Positions 6,803 through 14,978 of a stretch of 64,000 nt of DNA are shown one piece after another (positions within the stretch are counted from its first letter, which is position 1; every line of letters begins with the position of its first letter). The stretch is from Candidatus Moranbacteria bacterium RIFCSPHIGHO2_01_FULL_55_24 (GTDB taxonomy: Bacteria > Patescibacteriota > Minisyncoccia > Moranbacterales > UBA1568). The translations under genes were made by a program, and so were the position numbers. The notes under the pieces are model-generated. The model saw nothing but the letters and a program-made list of their open reading frames with translations, was not told the DNA's origin and ran no database searches. The DNA lies in assembly GCA_001786575.1 (NCBI GenBank), contig MFRW01000011.1, positions 22,201-86,200 of the forward strand. The letters run 5' to 3'.

Positions 6803-9406
6803 TTAGAATTTGAAATCGAAATCCGGATCAGCCATGCGGCGGCGCATGATGAGCGTCGTGATCCGGAGCGTGTAGCTATTGATGTCTTCGCGGCTCTTGA
6901 GATCCGCTGCTTTGCCGAACTGTTCCCGTGCCGCATCGGTAAACGATGCCAGCCGCTCCATCTGGCTCGGGTGGAGAGGATTCAGGCGGCGGCTGTAATC
7001 ATATTCCGGGTTCTCCAGCAGATGTTCATGCACCCGGAGCACCCGGTCCACCTTGATGCCTCCGAGGTTCTTCGCTCCGAAGCTGAATTGATCCGTTCCG
7101 AGAGACTGGATTTCCGGCGTTTCGAAGATATGCATGCGCGTCTGGATCAGCTCTTCTTTGGCTGTGCTGAAAAGATCCGGATGCTCCTTGAAAAAGGCTT
7201 TGTGGTCGCTCAATTCCTGGAGCTCCCGCGCGCTCAAGTCCTGCTCCGACCAAGGAAGACTCTTTTCTCCTGTCCCTCCGAGATTTTCCGGGAGGAGATT
7301 TTCCGGCTTTCCTTCGGCCTGGCCCGGGGTATCTACGGGCGTCTCATGATTCTCCAAATAGGTATCGAGATCGAGCGAGGTTTTCGCTACTGCTTCCACC
7401 GGCTCTGCTCCAGCCGCTTCGAGAGCTGCTACAGCCTTGCCATCGAGAATCGCTTGAGTCTCTTCCGGAGAGAGAATCTTCTCAAGCGAGAGCGTATCTC
7501 CGACATGGATAGCATTGATATCACCGCTCGGGAATCCGGCTGCCTGGAGTTCTTCCGGCGAAAGAGTCGGTAGTTTATTGGCAATCGCATTCTCAAGCGC
7601 CTGGATGACGCGTGCCTTCTCTCCCGGATCCATATCGGCCGGCAGACGCGCTTCGAGCACTCCCCAGAGGCCCTTGCCGCTATCGGCAGCGGTTACCAGA
7701 TGTTCCGCGAGCAGAGCCTTCGGAGACGTTTCTGCTACCGCCTGCGCCACGTTGTCAGGATCAGAGATTCCTTCTGCAATAGCATGCGGAACTCCTTCCG
7801 CTGGAAGTTCCGGGGCTATCGGAGAAGGAACCGCCTCATCAGCCAGATCAGGAGCCGGCTCGGCTGCGATCGCTTCATCAAGGGCGTTTTGCGGCGGCGT
7901 TTCAGGTGCAAGTGCCGGCTCGGTTGCCTCTGCTCCCGGCGTATCCGCTTGCAGAATATCCGAAGCGAAAGCTATTCCCGTACCGAAGGTTACAGCTGCT
8001 CCCTTGCGGAAAAGCGCGGCCCGCTTGGCTTGCTGCATCTTGCTGTCGAGCGAAGCGATGTCTTTCGTCAGAAGTTCTTTGAGTCTTTCAAAAGATTCAG
8101 CGGTCGGCAGAGCTTCGGAAAAAGTGTGTGTCTCTCTGGTAAGCGCCAAGAGTTCTTCATCGATCTCCTTTTCAGCCGCTTTCTCGGCCCGTTTCTCCGC
8201 ATATCCTTGCATGAGGACTTCTCCCGTTACTGCGCCGCCGGCACCGGCCATGAAGCGCCGTAATGTCACGATTGCGCCTCCCAGCGCGGCTCCGCCAGAA
8301 AGAGAGAGCGCTCCTGCGCCAGCGAAGCAAGCCGCTGCCAAAGCGAACTTCTGCGGACGTGAAAGGCTGTTATAGGCCTTGCCAAGACGCTCGTATGCAT
8401 CCAGGGCCCTCCCGCCCAGACCTTTCCGCTCCATGCGCACATCAGTCCGCGTTGCTACGAGATTCTTCGCTTCCTCGAATTTGAAATAGCGGAGGAGCGC
8501 CGCCATCTCGTGCTTGAGTTCGGTTCCTTTCAGTCCGCTTTTCTTCAGCTGCTCCAGCTCGAGCTCCTGAAGAGCAGTCAGTGCGCCCTCGTACTGCTCC
8601 CTCCGATAGCGCGTATCCTGGTCCTCCTCCGTGTCGCTCTTCATGCGGAAAAACGCCCGGAGCTGCTTCCAGGCATGTGATTTTTCGTAGTCTTCTTCCG
8701 CGAAGCGCCTCCGCATATCGGAAACCTCCTCCCGGCGGAGAGCGATCTCTTCGTTAAGATTCCTGGCCGGAACGGATTCCTTTTCTTTCTCGAGAGACTC
8801 GACAGACGCCGGTTCGGCTTCAGTCGGCTTCGGAACCTCCTCGGTCTGCGCTTCCGGCTCGGGAGCGGATTCAGGCTTCACGGCGTTCCCCTCTTCCCGG
8901 TCGGAAACTTCCTCCGCAACCAGAGGTATCTCGACACCAGGAACAGTCTCTTCCTGCTTTGAAGGCTTTTTCCCGCGCCGCCGCAGCGAAAGTATCTTTC
9001 CTTCCTCCGCATCCGGCATCGGCTCCGAAGGCATGGTCTCCGGCTGTGGCGTTTCCGGGCCCGAAGACTGCTCTTCTCCCTTAGGATGTTTCAAAAATGT
9101 GTACTTTTCCCTCACCTCGGACTGGCTTCCGAAAAGGAGCGTGCTTCCTGGGTGGAGCGCATCGTCTTCGCCTTCTACCACATGCGCTTCCACACCTCCT
9201 TGATCCGAGACGCTGTCGATACGTATCTCCGTGCCTTCCGCAGAAGTGAATCGATCTCCGACACGGAGCCCCTCTCCTTCCGCTGATTTTTCGGGCAAGT
9301 TCTGTTCGGGATTTTTCCCAGATGCTTTTTCCGGAGAATCAAAAACAGCCTCCGCTGATTCTGCTTCAGTCATTTTCCTTGCGCCGGCAGCTTCTCCTTC
9401 GGGCAT
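6803..9406 (-). CDS. large (867 aa) acidic, largely low-complexity protein with glycine/alanine-rich hydrophobic segments and a C-terminal globular region; first gene of the operon
   Basis: N-terminal ~330 aa E/P/S-rich; hydrophobic G/A-rich stretch FALAAACFAGAGALSLSGGAALGGAIVTLRRFMAGAGGAVTG and a second one, AAVTFGTGIAFASDIL; A/P/E-rich linker; ~250-aa C-terminal domain with no recognisable motif. Confidence 0.55.
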   Translation of the reverse strand: MPEGEAAGARKMTEAESAEAVFDSPEKASGKNPEQNLPEKSAEGEGLRVGDRFTSAEGTEIRIDSVSDQGGVEAHVVEGEDDALHPGSTLLFGSQSEVREKYTFLKHPKGEEQSSGPETPQPETMPSEPMPDAEEGKILSLRRRGKKPSKQEETVPGVEIPLVAEEVSDREEGNAVKPESAPEPEAQTEEVPKPTEAEPASVESLEKEKESVPARNLNEEIALRREEVSDMRRRFAEEDYEKSHAWKQLRAFFRMKSDTEEDQDTRYRREQYEGALTALQELELEQLKKSGLKGTELKHEMAALLRYFKFEEAKNLVATRTDVRMERKGLGGRALDAYERLGKAYNSLSRPQKFALAAACFAGAGALSLSGGAALGGAIVTLRRFMAGAGGAVTGEVLMQGYAEKRAEKAAEKEIDEELLALTRETHTFSEALPTAESFERLKELLTKDIASLDSKMQQAKRAALFRKGAAVTFGTGIAFASDILQADTPGAEATEPALAPETPPQNALDEAIAAEPAPDLADEAVPSPIAPELPAEGVPHAIAEGISDPDNVAQAVAETSPKALLAEHLVTAADSGKGLWGVLEARLPADMDPGEKARVIQALENAIANKLPTLSPEELQAAGFPSGDINAIHVGDTLSLEKILSPEETQAILDGKAVAALEAAGAEPVEAVAKTSLDLDTYLENHETPVDTPGQAEGKPENLLPENLGGTGEKSLPWSEQDLSARELQELSDHKAFFKEHPDLFSTAKEELIQTRMHIFETPEIQSLGTDQFSFGAKNLGGIKVDRVLRVHEHLLENPEYDYSRRLNPLHPSQMERLASFTDAAREQFGKAADLKSREDINSYTLRITTLIMRRRMADPDFDFKF

Positions 9407-9429
9407 ATCATTTTATTTTCTCCTGTTTC

Positions 9430-9438
9430 TGGTATAAT
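9430..9438 (+). promoter_or_regulatory. extended -10 promoter TGGTATAAT for the downstream glycosyltransferase operon
   Basis: Perfect TGnTATAAT in an AT-rich divergent intergenic region, 75 nt upstream of the ATG at 9513. Confidence 0.45.
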
Positions 9439-9466
9439 TTTAGCATAACAAACAAAAAACAAAAAA

Positions 9467-9502
9467 GGATCTGCGTCTGCTTTTTCCATACTTTGCAGAT
9501 CC
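9467..9502. repeat. perfect 8-bp inverted repeat GGATCTGC..GCAGATCC (20-nt spacer) flanked by A-tracts, in the 5' leader of the GT-C gene and in the divergent promoter region
   Basis: Read directly from the sequence: ggatctgc at 9467-9474, gcagatcc at 9495-9502. Confidence 0.6.
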
Positions 9503-9512
9503 GGAAAAATCT

Positions 9513-11111
9513 ATGCCTTCACGCGCATTCCATCGCCCCCTCCTCTGGCTCGGACTCCTGTTCATCATAGCTCTCGGGGTGTTCCTCCGGAGCTACCAGA
9601 TCGAGTCCATCCCGGCCGGACTCTACCCCGACGAGGCCACGAACGGAACCGATGCGATCCATGCGATCGAAACCGGCAATTACCTTCTCTTCTACCCGAA
9701 CAACTACGGCCGCGAAGGATTGTTCATCAATCTCCAAGCCCTCGCTCTCCAGACTTTCGGAATAAGCATCGCCGCGCTCAAGTTCTGGTCGATCGTTTTC
9801 GGCTCATTGAGTATCCTCGGCATCTACCTGCTCGGCGTAGAGCTCTTCCACCGGCGCTCCGGGGGCCTCATAGCCGCCTTCATGCTGGCTACCTCCTTCT
9901 GGGCTATCAACTTCTCGCGCATCGGCTTCCGGGCCATCATGACCTCTTTCCTGCTGTCCTTCGCCTTTTACTTCTTTTTCCGCGGGCTCCGCAGGCACCG
10001 CTACCTGGATTTCACCATTTCAGGCCTCCTCTTCGGCCTCGGAATCCACACTTACATCGCTTTCCGGCTTACCCCTCTCATCCTGATCCTGCTCCTGCCC
10101 TTCCTCATGCTTTCCTATGAGAAATTCCTGAAGCGCTTCTGGAAACATGCGCTCGTATTCGCAGCCGCCGCCTTCATCGCGGCCGCTCCCATGCTCTACC
10201 ACTTCTTCGTAGCTCACCCGGAAGATTTCGCTTCCCGTTCCGCTGCCGTCTCTATCTTCTCCCCGGAAATAAACAAGGGCGACTTCTGGGGAACGCTCGG
10301 GAAAACCTTCGGGTTGAGCATGGCGAAGTATAACTTCTGGGGCGATCAGAATTGGCGGCACAACTACCCGCCTTACCCGATCCTCGACCCTCTCGTCGGC
10401 ATGCTCTTTCTCGCCGGCTTCCTCTACATCATCTGGCAGACGATTACGCTCCTCGGCCGGCGCATCCGCGAAGGCGACCGCGACACCCGCCTCGTCAGGA
10501 ACGCCTTCCTTCTCGGGACCTTCTTCGTCATGCTCATGCCGGAATTCCTGACCGAAGAAGGCTTGCCACACGCCCTGCGCGCTATCGGCACCCAGGTACC
10601 GGTCTTCCTCATCGCCGCCCTTCCGGCCCTTTGGATCGTCAAGAAAGCCTATCGCTCGCTCCCTTCCACACGCTTCGCGCTCCTTTCCTTGCTTACCATC
10701 CTCCTTGCCGGAAGCGCCGTCATAAATATCACCAAATACTTCGTCTTCTTCGCAGCAAGCCCTCACCAGCACGGCGCCTTCAACGAGAACTACACGAACA
10801 TGGCCAAATACCTCTTGAGCCTGCCGGAAGACACCCATAAATACGTCTATGCCAACGCCGGCGGCACGAATATCGATAACGGCCTCCCGGTGACAGCACA
10901 GTCGATTACGTTCCTCACGCATGGGAAGATCAAGAACCTCGAATTCCTGAATCCGGACACGCGGATCGTCCGCCCGGCCGTCATCATCCTCATGAACTAC
11001 GATAACGGAATCGCGGAACGCATCCTGAAACGGACTCCGGGAGCGGAAATCCAGAAGATCGACCTGCACCCTGGATTCGGCAGCGATTTCCTCTCGATCG
11101 TGATCCCATAA
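9513..11111 (+). CDS. GT-C fold glycosyltransferase, PMT/ArnT-like (GT39/GT83 family), multi-pass membrane protein
   Basis: Many TM helices; first periplasmic loop carries the conserved acidic motif (LYPDEATNGTDAIHAIETGNYLLFYPNNYGREGL), as in dolichyl-phosphate-mannose protein mannosyltransferases and ArnT. Confidence 0.8.
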   Translation: MPSRAFHRPLLWLGLLFIIALGVFLRSYQIESIPAGLYPDEATNGTDAIHAIETGNYLLFYPNNYGREGLFINLQALALQTFGISIAALKFWSIVFGSLSILGIYLLGVELFHRRSGGLIAAFMLATSFWAINFSRIGFRAIMTSFLLSFAFYFFFRGLRRHRYLDFTISGLLFGLGIHTYIAFRLTPLILILLLPFLMLSYEKFLKRFWKHALVFAAAAFIAAAPMLYHFFVAHPEDFASRSAAVSIFSPEINKGDFWGTLGKTFGLSMAKYNFWGDQNWRHNYPPYPILDPLVGMLFLAGFLYIIWQTITLLGRRIREGDRDTRLVRNAFLLGTFFVMLMPEFLTEEGLPHALRAIGTQVPVFLIAALPALWIVKKAYRSLPSTRFALLSLLTILLAGSAVINITKYFVFFAASPHQHGAFNENYTNMAKYLLSLPEDTHKYVYANAGGTNIDNGLPVTAQSITFLTHGKIKNLEFLNPDTRIVRPAVIILMNYDNGIAERILKRTPGAEIQKIDLHPGFGSDFLSIVIP

Positions 11112-11146
11112 GCAAAGAACGCTAACTCATTACTTCTGTACACCCT

Positions 11147-13045
11147 ATGGATTTCCTCAAAGAGCATGCTTCCAAACTGGTAGCGGCTATCCTTCTGGTA
11201 TTCTTCGGATTGAATCTCTTCATCTCTTTCCAAGAATCCACGACGATGGATGAGAAAGCGCATATCCCCTCCGCCTATAGCTACGTCCGCTACGGCGACA
11301 TGCGTCTCAACCCTGAACATCCGCCCCTCTTGAAAGACCTCGCCGGACTGCCGCTTCTTTTCTTGGATCTCGAATTCCCTCTCCAGTCCAAAGAATGGCA
11401 AGAGGGCGTGAACGAACAGTGGGTACTGGGAGACAAATTCATCAACTGCTCCGCTCCGAGCGAAGCCTGCAACGATCCGAACGCCGTCACCTTCTGGTCC
11501 CGCCTCCCTATAATCATCATCGCGGTGCTCCTCGGCCTCATGCTCTTCCTCTGGACCAAAGAGCTTGCCGGGACCTTGGCGGGCCTGTTCGCTCTCATCC
11601 TCTACGCCTTCGATCCGAACATCATCGCCCACAGCCACTACGTCACGACCGACATCGGCATCGCCGCCTTCCTCTTCTTCTCGTTCTATTTCTTCGTGCG
11701 CTTCCTCCAGAATCCGAGTGCCAAGAACATTTTCTGGAGCGGTATTTTCCTCGGCCTCGCCCAGCTCGCGAAATTCTCGGCCGTTCTCCTTTTCCCGATC
11801 TTCGGGCTCTTCGTCATCCTCTACGCGCTCTCCAAGGCCAAGCCGGCAGGCGTAACGCTTGCCACGCCGCTCTGGAAGATCAAGGAAATCTTCCTCTTGG
11901 GGCTCAAATTCATAGGAAGCGTCGTCATCTGCTTCGCGCTCATCTGGCTCCTCTACTACCCGAACACCATGAACATGCCCGGCGAGAAACTCGTCGAGGT
12001 AGCGCATGTCATGTTCCCGGACAAAGGCCTCGGCCCGTTCGCAAAGGATTTCATCGAAGCGACCCATGCACACCCTCTTATCAAGCCCTATTCCGAATAC
12101 TTCCTCGGCGTCTTCATGGTGTTCGCGCGCGTCGCTGGCGGCAATACCTATTACTTCCTCGGGAACGTTTCCAACCACGCCTCTCCCTGGTATTTCCCTG
12201 TCGTCTTCCTCCTGAAGGAGACCCTGCCCTTCCTCTTCCTGCTCGTCGCCACCTCCCTCTACGCGTTCTACCGCATCGGGAAGAGCTTCCGCGAGGCCCA
12301 TCTCCGCTCACCCAAAGACTTCTTCGCGTTCCTCGGCCGCTCTTTCCAATCGAGGATCGTCCAGTACTTGAGCGTCTTCTTCGTGCTCTTCTACAGCTAC
12401 GTGAGCATCACGGGGAACCTCAACATCGGCTTCCGTCACCTCTTCCCGATCCTGCCGTTCCTCTACATGCTCATCGGGAAAACTCTCTTCGACATGATCC
12501 GGCGCCAGAAAGATGCCTTCACCCAGAAGGTTTCCCTCATCATCTTAGGCATCTTCTCGCTCATCATCATGGCTATCCCGATCCTGACCTACCCGAGCTA
12601 TCTCTCCTACTTCAACGGAGCCTTCGGCGGACATGAGACCGGCTACCGCTACGTGACTGATTCGAACTACGACTGGGGACAGGACGTCAAGCGCCTCAAA
12701 GTCTTCGTCGATAGCCACAATCGCTGCAAAAGCGGCATGACGTTCTCCGGAGATGATTGCACGCTTGCCGGCACCCTGCCTCCGATAGACCGGATCCGCG
12801 TCGACTACTTCGGCGGCTCCAGTCCGGCATACTACCTCGGAGACAAATTCGTTTCCTGGCACTCTTACAGCCCGCCGGAAGCCGGCTGGTACGCGATCTC
12901 CATCGGCTTCTTTCAGGAGAACATCCACACGGAGGCGAAGCCGGGCGATCTCAATTACCGCTGGCTGGCAAAATATGCCCCCGTGGCGAGGGCCGGAGAT
13001 TCCATCTTCATCTTCTACGTTCCGGAAGTTCCGGAGAGCGAATAG
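11147..13045 (+). CDS. second GT-C fold glycosyltransferase, PMT/ArnT-like paralog
   Basis: N-terminal TM helix then TMDEKAHIPSAYSYVRYGDMRLNPEHPPLL (DE motif loop); more than 10 predicted TM segments; larger C-terminal soluble domain. Confidence 0.8.
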   Translation: MDFLKEHASKLVAAILLVFFGLNLFISFQESTTMDEKAHIPSAYSYVRYGDMRLNPEHPPLLKDLAGLPLLFLDLEFPLQSKEWQEGVNEQWVLGDKFINCSAPSEACNDPNAVTFWSRLPIIIIAVLLGLMLFLWTKELAGTLAGLFALILYAFDPNIIAHSHYVTTDIGIAAFLFFSFYFFVRFLQNPSAKNIFWSGIFLGLAQLAKFSAVLLFPIFGLFVILYALSKAKPAGVTLATPLWKIKEIFLLGLKFIGSVVICFALIWLLYYPNTMNMPGEKLVEVAHVMFPDKGLGPFAKDFIEATHAHPLIKPYSEYFLGVFMVFARVAGGNTYYFLGNVSNHASPWYFPVVFLLKETLPFLFLLVATSLYAFYRIGKSFREAHLRSPKDFFAFLGRSFQSRIVQYLSVFFVLFYSYVSITGNLNIGFRHLFPILPFLYMLIGKTLFDMIRRQKDAFTQKVSLIILGIFSLIIMAIPILTYPSYLSYFNGAFGGHETGYRYVTDSNYDWGQDVKRLKVFVDSHNRCKSGMTFSGDDCTLAGTLPPIDRIRVDYFGGSSPAYYLGDKFVSWHSYSPPEAGWYAISIGFFQENIHTEAKPGDLNYRWLAKYAPVARAGDSIFIFYVPEVPESE

Positions 13046-13056
13046 AGAGGGTGTAG

Positions 13057-13088
13057 GAAAATCCGCCCGATCGGGCGGATTTTTTATT
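13057..13088. terminator. bidirectional rho-independent terminator between convergent genes
   Basis: aaaATCCGCCCgatcGGGCGGATttttttatt: 8-bp GC-rich stem, 4-nt loop, T-tract on the plus strand and an A4 (U4) run on the other side. Confidence 0.6.
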
Positions 13089-13100
13089 CTGGCTCGCTCA

Positions 13101-14063
13101 CTACTCTTTCTTCTTGGCTTTCTCTCCTTCTTTGGGGTCCTTGGCGTTCTCTTTGTTCTCTTCGGATTTCTTTTCTTCGGGCGCATTCTTGAAAGCATAG
13201 TAGATGCGGTTCTCCGTCCGGAGATCGATATAGGCGAGTTCTCCGAGCTTTTCCTGCGGCAATTCGCCGTCGAAAAAAAGCGCGAGCGAATCGATCGTCT
13301 CTTGCGGCTCAAGGCTCGTATTCACATAGAGTTCGTACCCGCCCTCTGCGCGGAACCGCACTTCATCGGAAAAGCGCGAAGGCGTGACAGATTCTTTTTC
13401 CAGTTTGATTCCGAAGCGCTCATCCAGAAGACTGTAGAGAGCGAGAAGGCGTGTAGAAAACGGGTAGCTGAAGACCGGCTGGCCGAGATCGACAGGAAGC
13501 CCGCTCTTGTCGATAACGGTATACACCGGGAGGCGTTCCTCGGGAAGTCCGATTATGGCACGGCTCTCACGCGTACGGTTCTCCTCATCCAGGAGATAGC
13601 ACGGTCCTCCGGAACACCAGAGTACTCCCGCTTCCCGTTCCTCCACCCGGAGGAAGAGGCTCGCCGGGAAACGCTTCTCGACTCTGGCGGAGCGGATTTC
13701 CGGATAGGTCTCCAGAAGCGCGGCCGAGAACTTCTCGGTCCGGAAGAGGAGGTAATTTTTCGCCGAGAAGACGCCGAGCCACGTGTCAGAAGTCGCTTGG
13801 GAGAAGAAATCCTCAAGCTTTTCCGTACTCACTCGGGAATTCCCCGATACGGAAAAACGCTCCAAGAGAAGGAGCGGGGAAACGAGCAAAAGGTAGCCGA
13901 GCGTCCCGAGAAACACGAGCCACAGGAAAAGCGAGAGGAAAAACATTCCCGGGCGGCCGGTTTTTTCTTCCGAAGCTCCGCGCTTGGCGCGCTTCTCTTT
14001 GCGCTTCGGAAGAAAAACGTTTTTATGGAAAGCTCCTGGTTTTTTCTTGCGGAACACACGCAT
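13101..14063 (-). CDS. ftsQ: cell division protein FtsQ/DivIB-like (TM helix + POTRA + FtsQ domain) with a lysine/glutamate-rich C-terminal tail
   Basis: TM FFLSLFLWLVFLGTLGYLLLV followed by ERFSVSGNSRVSTEKLEDF (POTRA-like) and VEKRFPASLFLRVEEREAGVLW. The start is placed at the internal Met (MRVFRKKK); the listed ORF is N-terminally over-extended. Confidence 0.6.
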   Translation of the reverse strand: MRVFRKKKPGAFHKNVFLPKRKEKRAKRGASEEKTGRPGMFFLSLFLWLVFLGTLGYLLLVSPLLLLERFSVSGNSRVSTEKLEDFFSQATSDTWLGVFSAKNYLLFRTEKFSAALLETYPEIRSARVEKRFPASLFLRVEEREAGVLWCSGGPCYLLDEENRTRESRAIIGLPEERLPVYTVIDKSGLPVDLGQPVFSYPFSTRLLALYSLLDERFGIKLEKESVTPSRFSDEVRFRAEGGYELYVNTSLEPQETIDSLALFFDGELPQEKLGELAYIDLRTENRIYYAFKNAPEEKKSEENKENAKDPKEGEKAKKKE

Positions 14064-14068
14064 CTTGG

Positions 14069-14968
14069 TTAGAGAGCTAGGAAAAGCGATTCGAGTGCCA
14101 GGCGCGCATTGCCCTGGCTGTGTTTCAAAAGAGAGAGTGTCTGGTTCACATTCTCCAGAAAGAGGAAAAACTGGCTGATTCGCTTCGGCTGCTCTTCGCG
14201 CGCCGCCTGCCGATGGATCCCCGGCAAGTACCACTCCAGAAGACGGATAGCCCGGGGAACGTCCTTCGCCAGTTCTTCCGCCAGCTTGAGCCGTTCTCTC
14301 AAGGAAAGCGCGGAGAGGCGGAATAAGAGAGAGAGGAGTTCCTTGTCCCGTGCAAACCCCTGACTGTCTTCGAGCGCTCGGAAAAGGATTCCCGGTCTCC
14401 CGAGAGAGAAGAAGAAATCCGGCAGAGACTCTCCCTGGGATCGGAAAAGCGGCGTGAACTTCTCGGCAAGAAGCGCTTCCGGCACGAACTGGAACCGTGT
14501 TGTCGCTACGCGTGATAAGAGCGTGGAGAGGAGACTCCCGGCATCATGCGTTACCAGGATGATCACCGCCTGCGGTTCCGGCTCCTCTACGAACTTGAGG
14601 AGTGCGTTCTGCGCCGTATGCGAAAGGCGATGGGCATCTCGGATGATGAGCACCCGATAGCCCGACTGGGGCCTTTTCGAGAGGAACTGGATGCCTTCGC
14701 GCGCTTCTTCGGCGGATATGCTTTTCTCTTTCGTCACCCCCCGCTTCTTTTCCTGGCGAGGCGAAAGAATCATCACATCGAGCGGGTGCGGCAAGGCTTC
14801 GGTCGGTTCGAAATCCGGCTCGCCCGCAAGCAGACAGGCGAACTCGAAAGCCACAAGGGCCTTCCCGACGCTCTCCGGTCCGGAGAAAAGATAGCTCTGG
14901 CTGATGTTGCCGGATGTGGCAAATTGCCGGAGAAGCGCTCGCTCTTTTTCGTGTCCGATGATCTGCAT
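14069..14968 (-). CDS. holB: DNA polymerase III delta-prime subunit
   Basis: MQIIGHEKERALLRQFATSGNISQSYLFSGPESVGKALVAFEFACLLAGE (degenerate P-loop typical of delta-prime) and AHRLSHTAQNALLKFVEEPEPQAVIILVTHDAGSLLSTLLSRVATTRF. Start moved to the internal ATG at 14968, just downstream of the upstream gene's stop at 14979. Confidence 0.8.
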   Translation of the reverse strand: MQIIGHEKERALLRQFATSGNISQSYLFSGPESVGKALVAFEFACLLAGEPDFEPTEALPHPLDVMILSPRQEKKRGVTKEKSISAEEAREGIQFLSKRPQSGYRVLIIRDAHRLSHTAQNALLKFVEEPEPQAVIILVTHDAGSLLSTLLSRVATTRFQFVPEALLAEKFTPLFRSQGESLPDFFFSLGRPGILFRALEDSQGFARDKELLSLLFRLSALSLRERLKLAEELAKDVPRAIRLLEWYLPGIHRQAAREEQPKRISQFFLFLENVNQTLSLLKHSQGNARLALESLFLAL

Positions 14969-14978
14969 AGGGAATCGC

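Noticed and set aside
7515-8375. 286-aa and 187-aa plus-strand ORFs (7515-8375 and 7700-8263)
   Set aside because: Antisense to the 867-aa gene; Ser/Ala/Arg-rich low-complexity artefacts.
10020-12636. Long ORFs 10020-11069 (-), 10997-12301 (-) and 11395-12636 (+)
   Set aside because: They overlap the two GT-C glycosyltransferase genes, which have clear TM periodicity and conserved motifs. Their E/D/R-rich or R/P/H-rich composition is typical of off-frame or antisense reading of GC-rich coding DNA.
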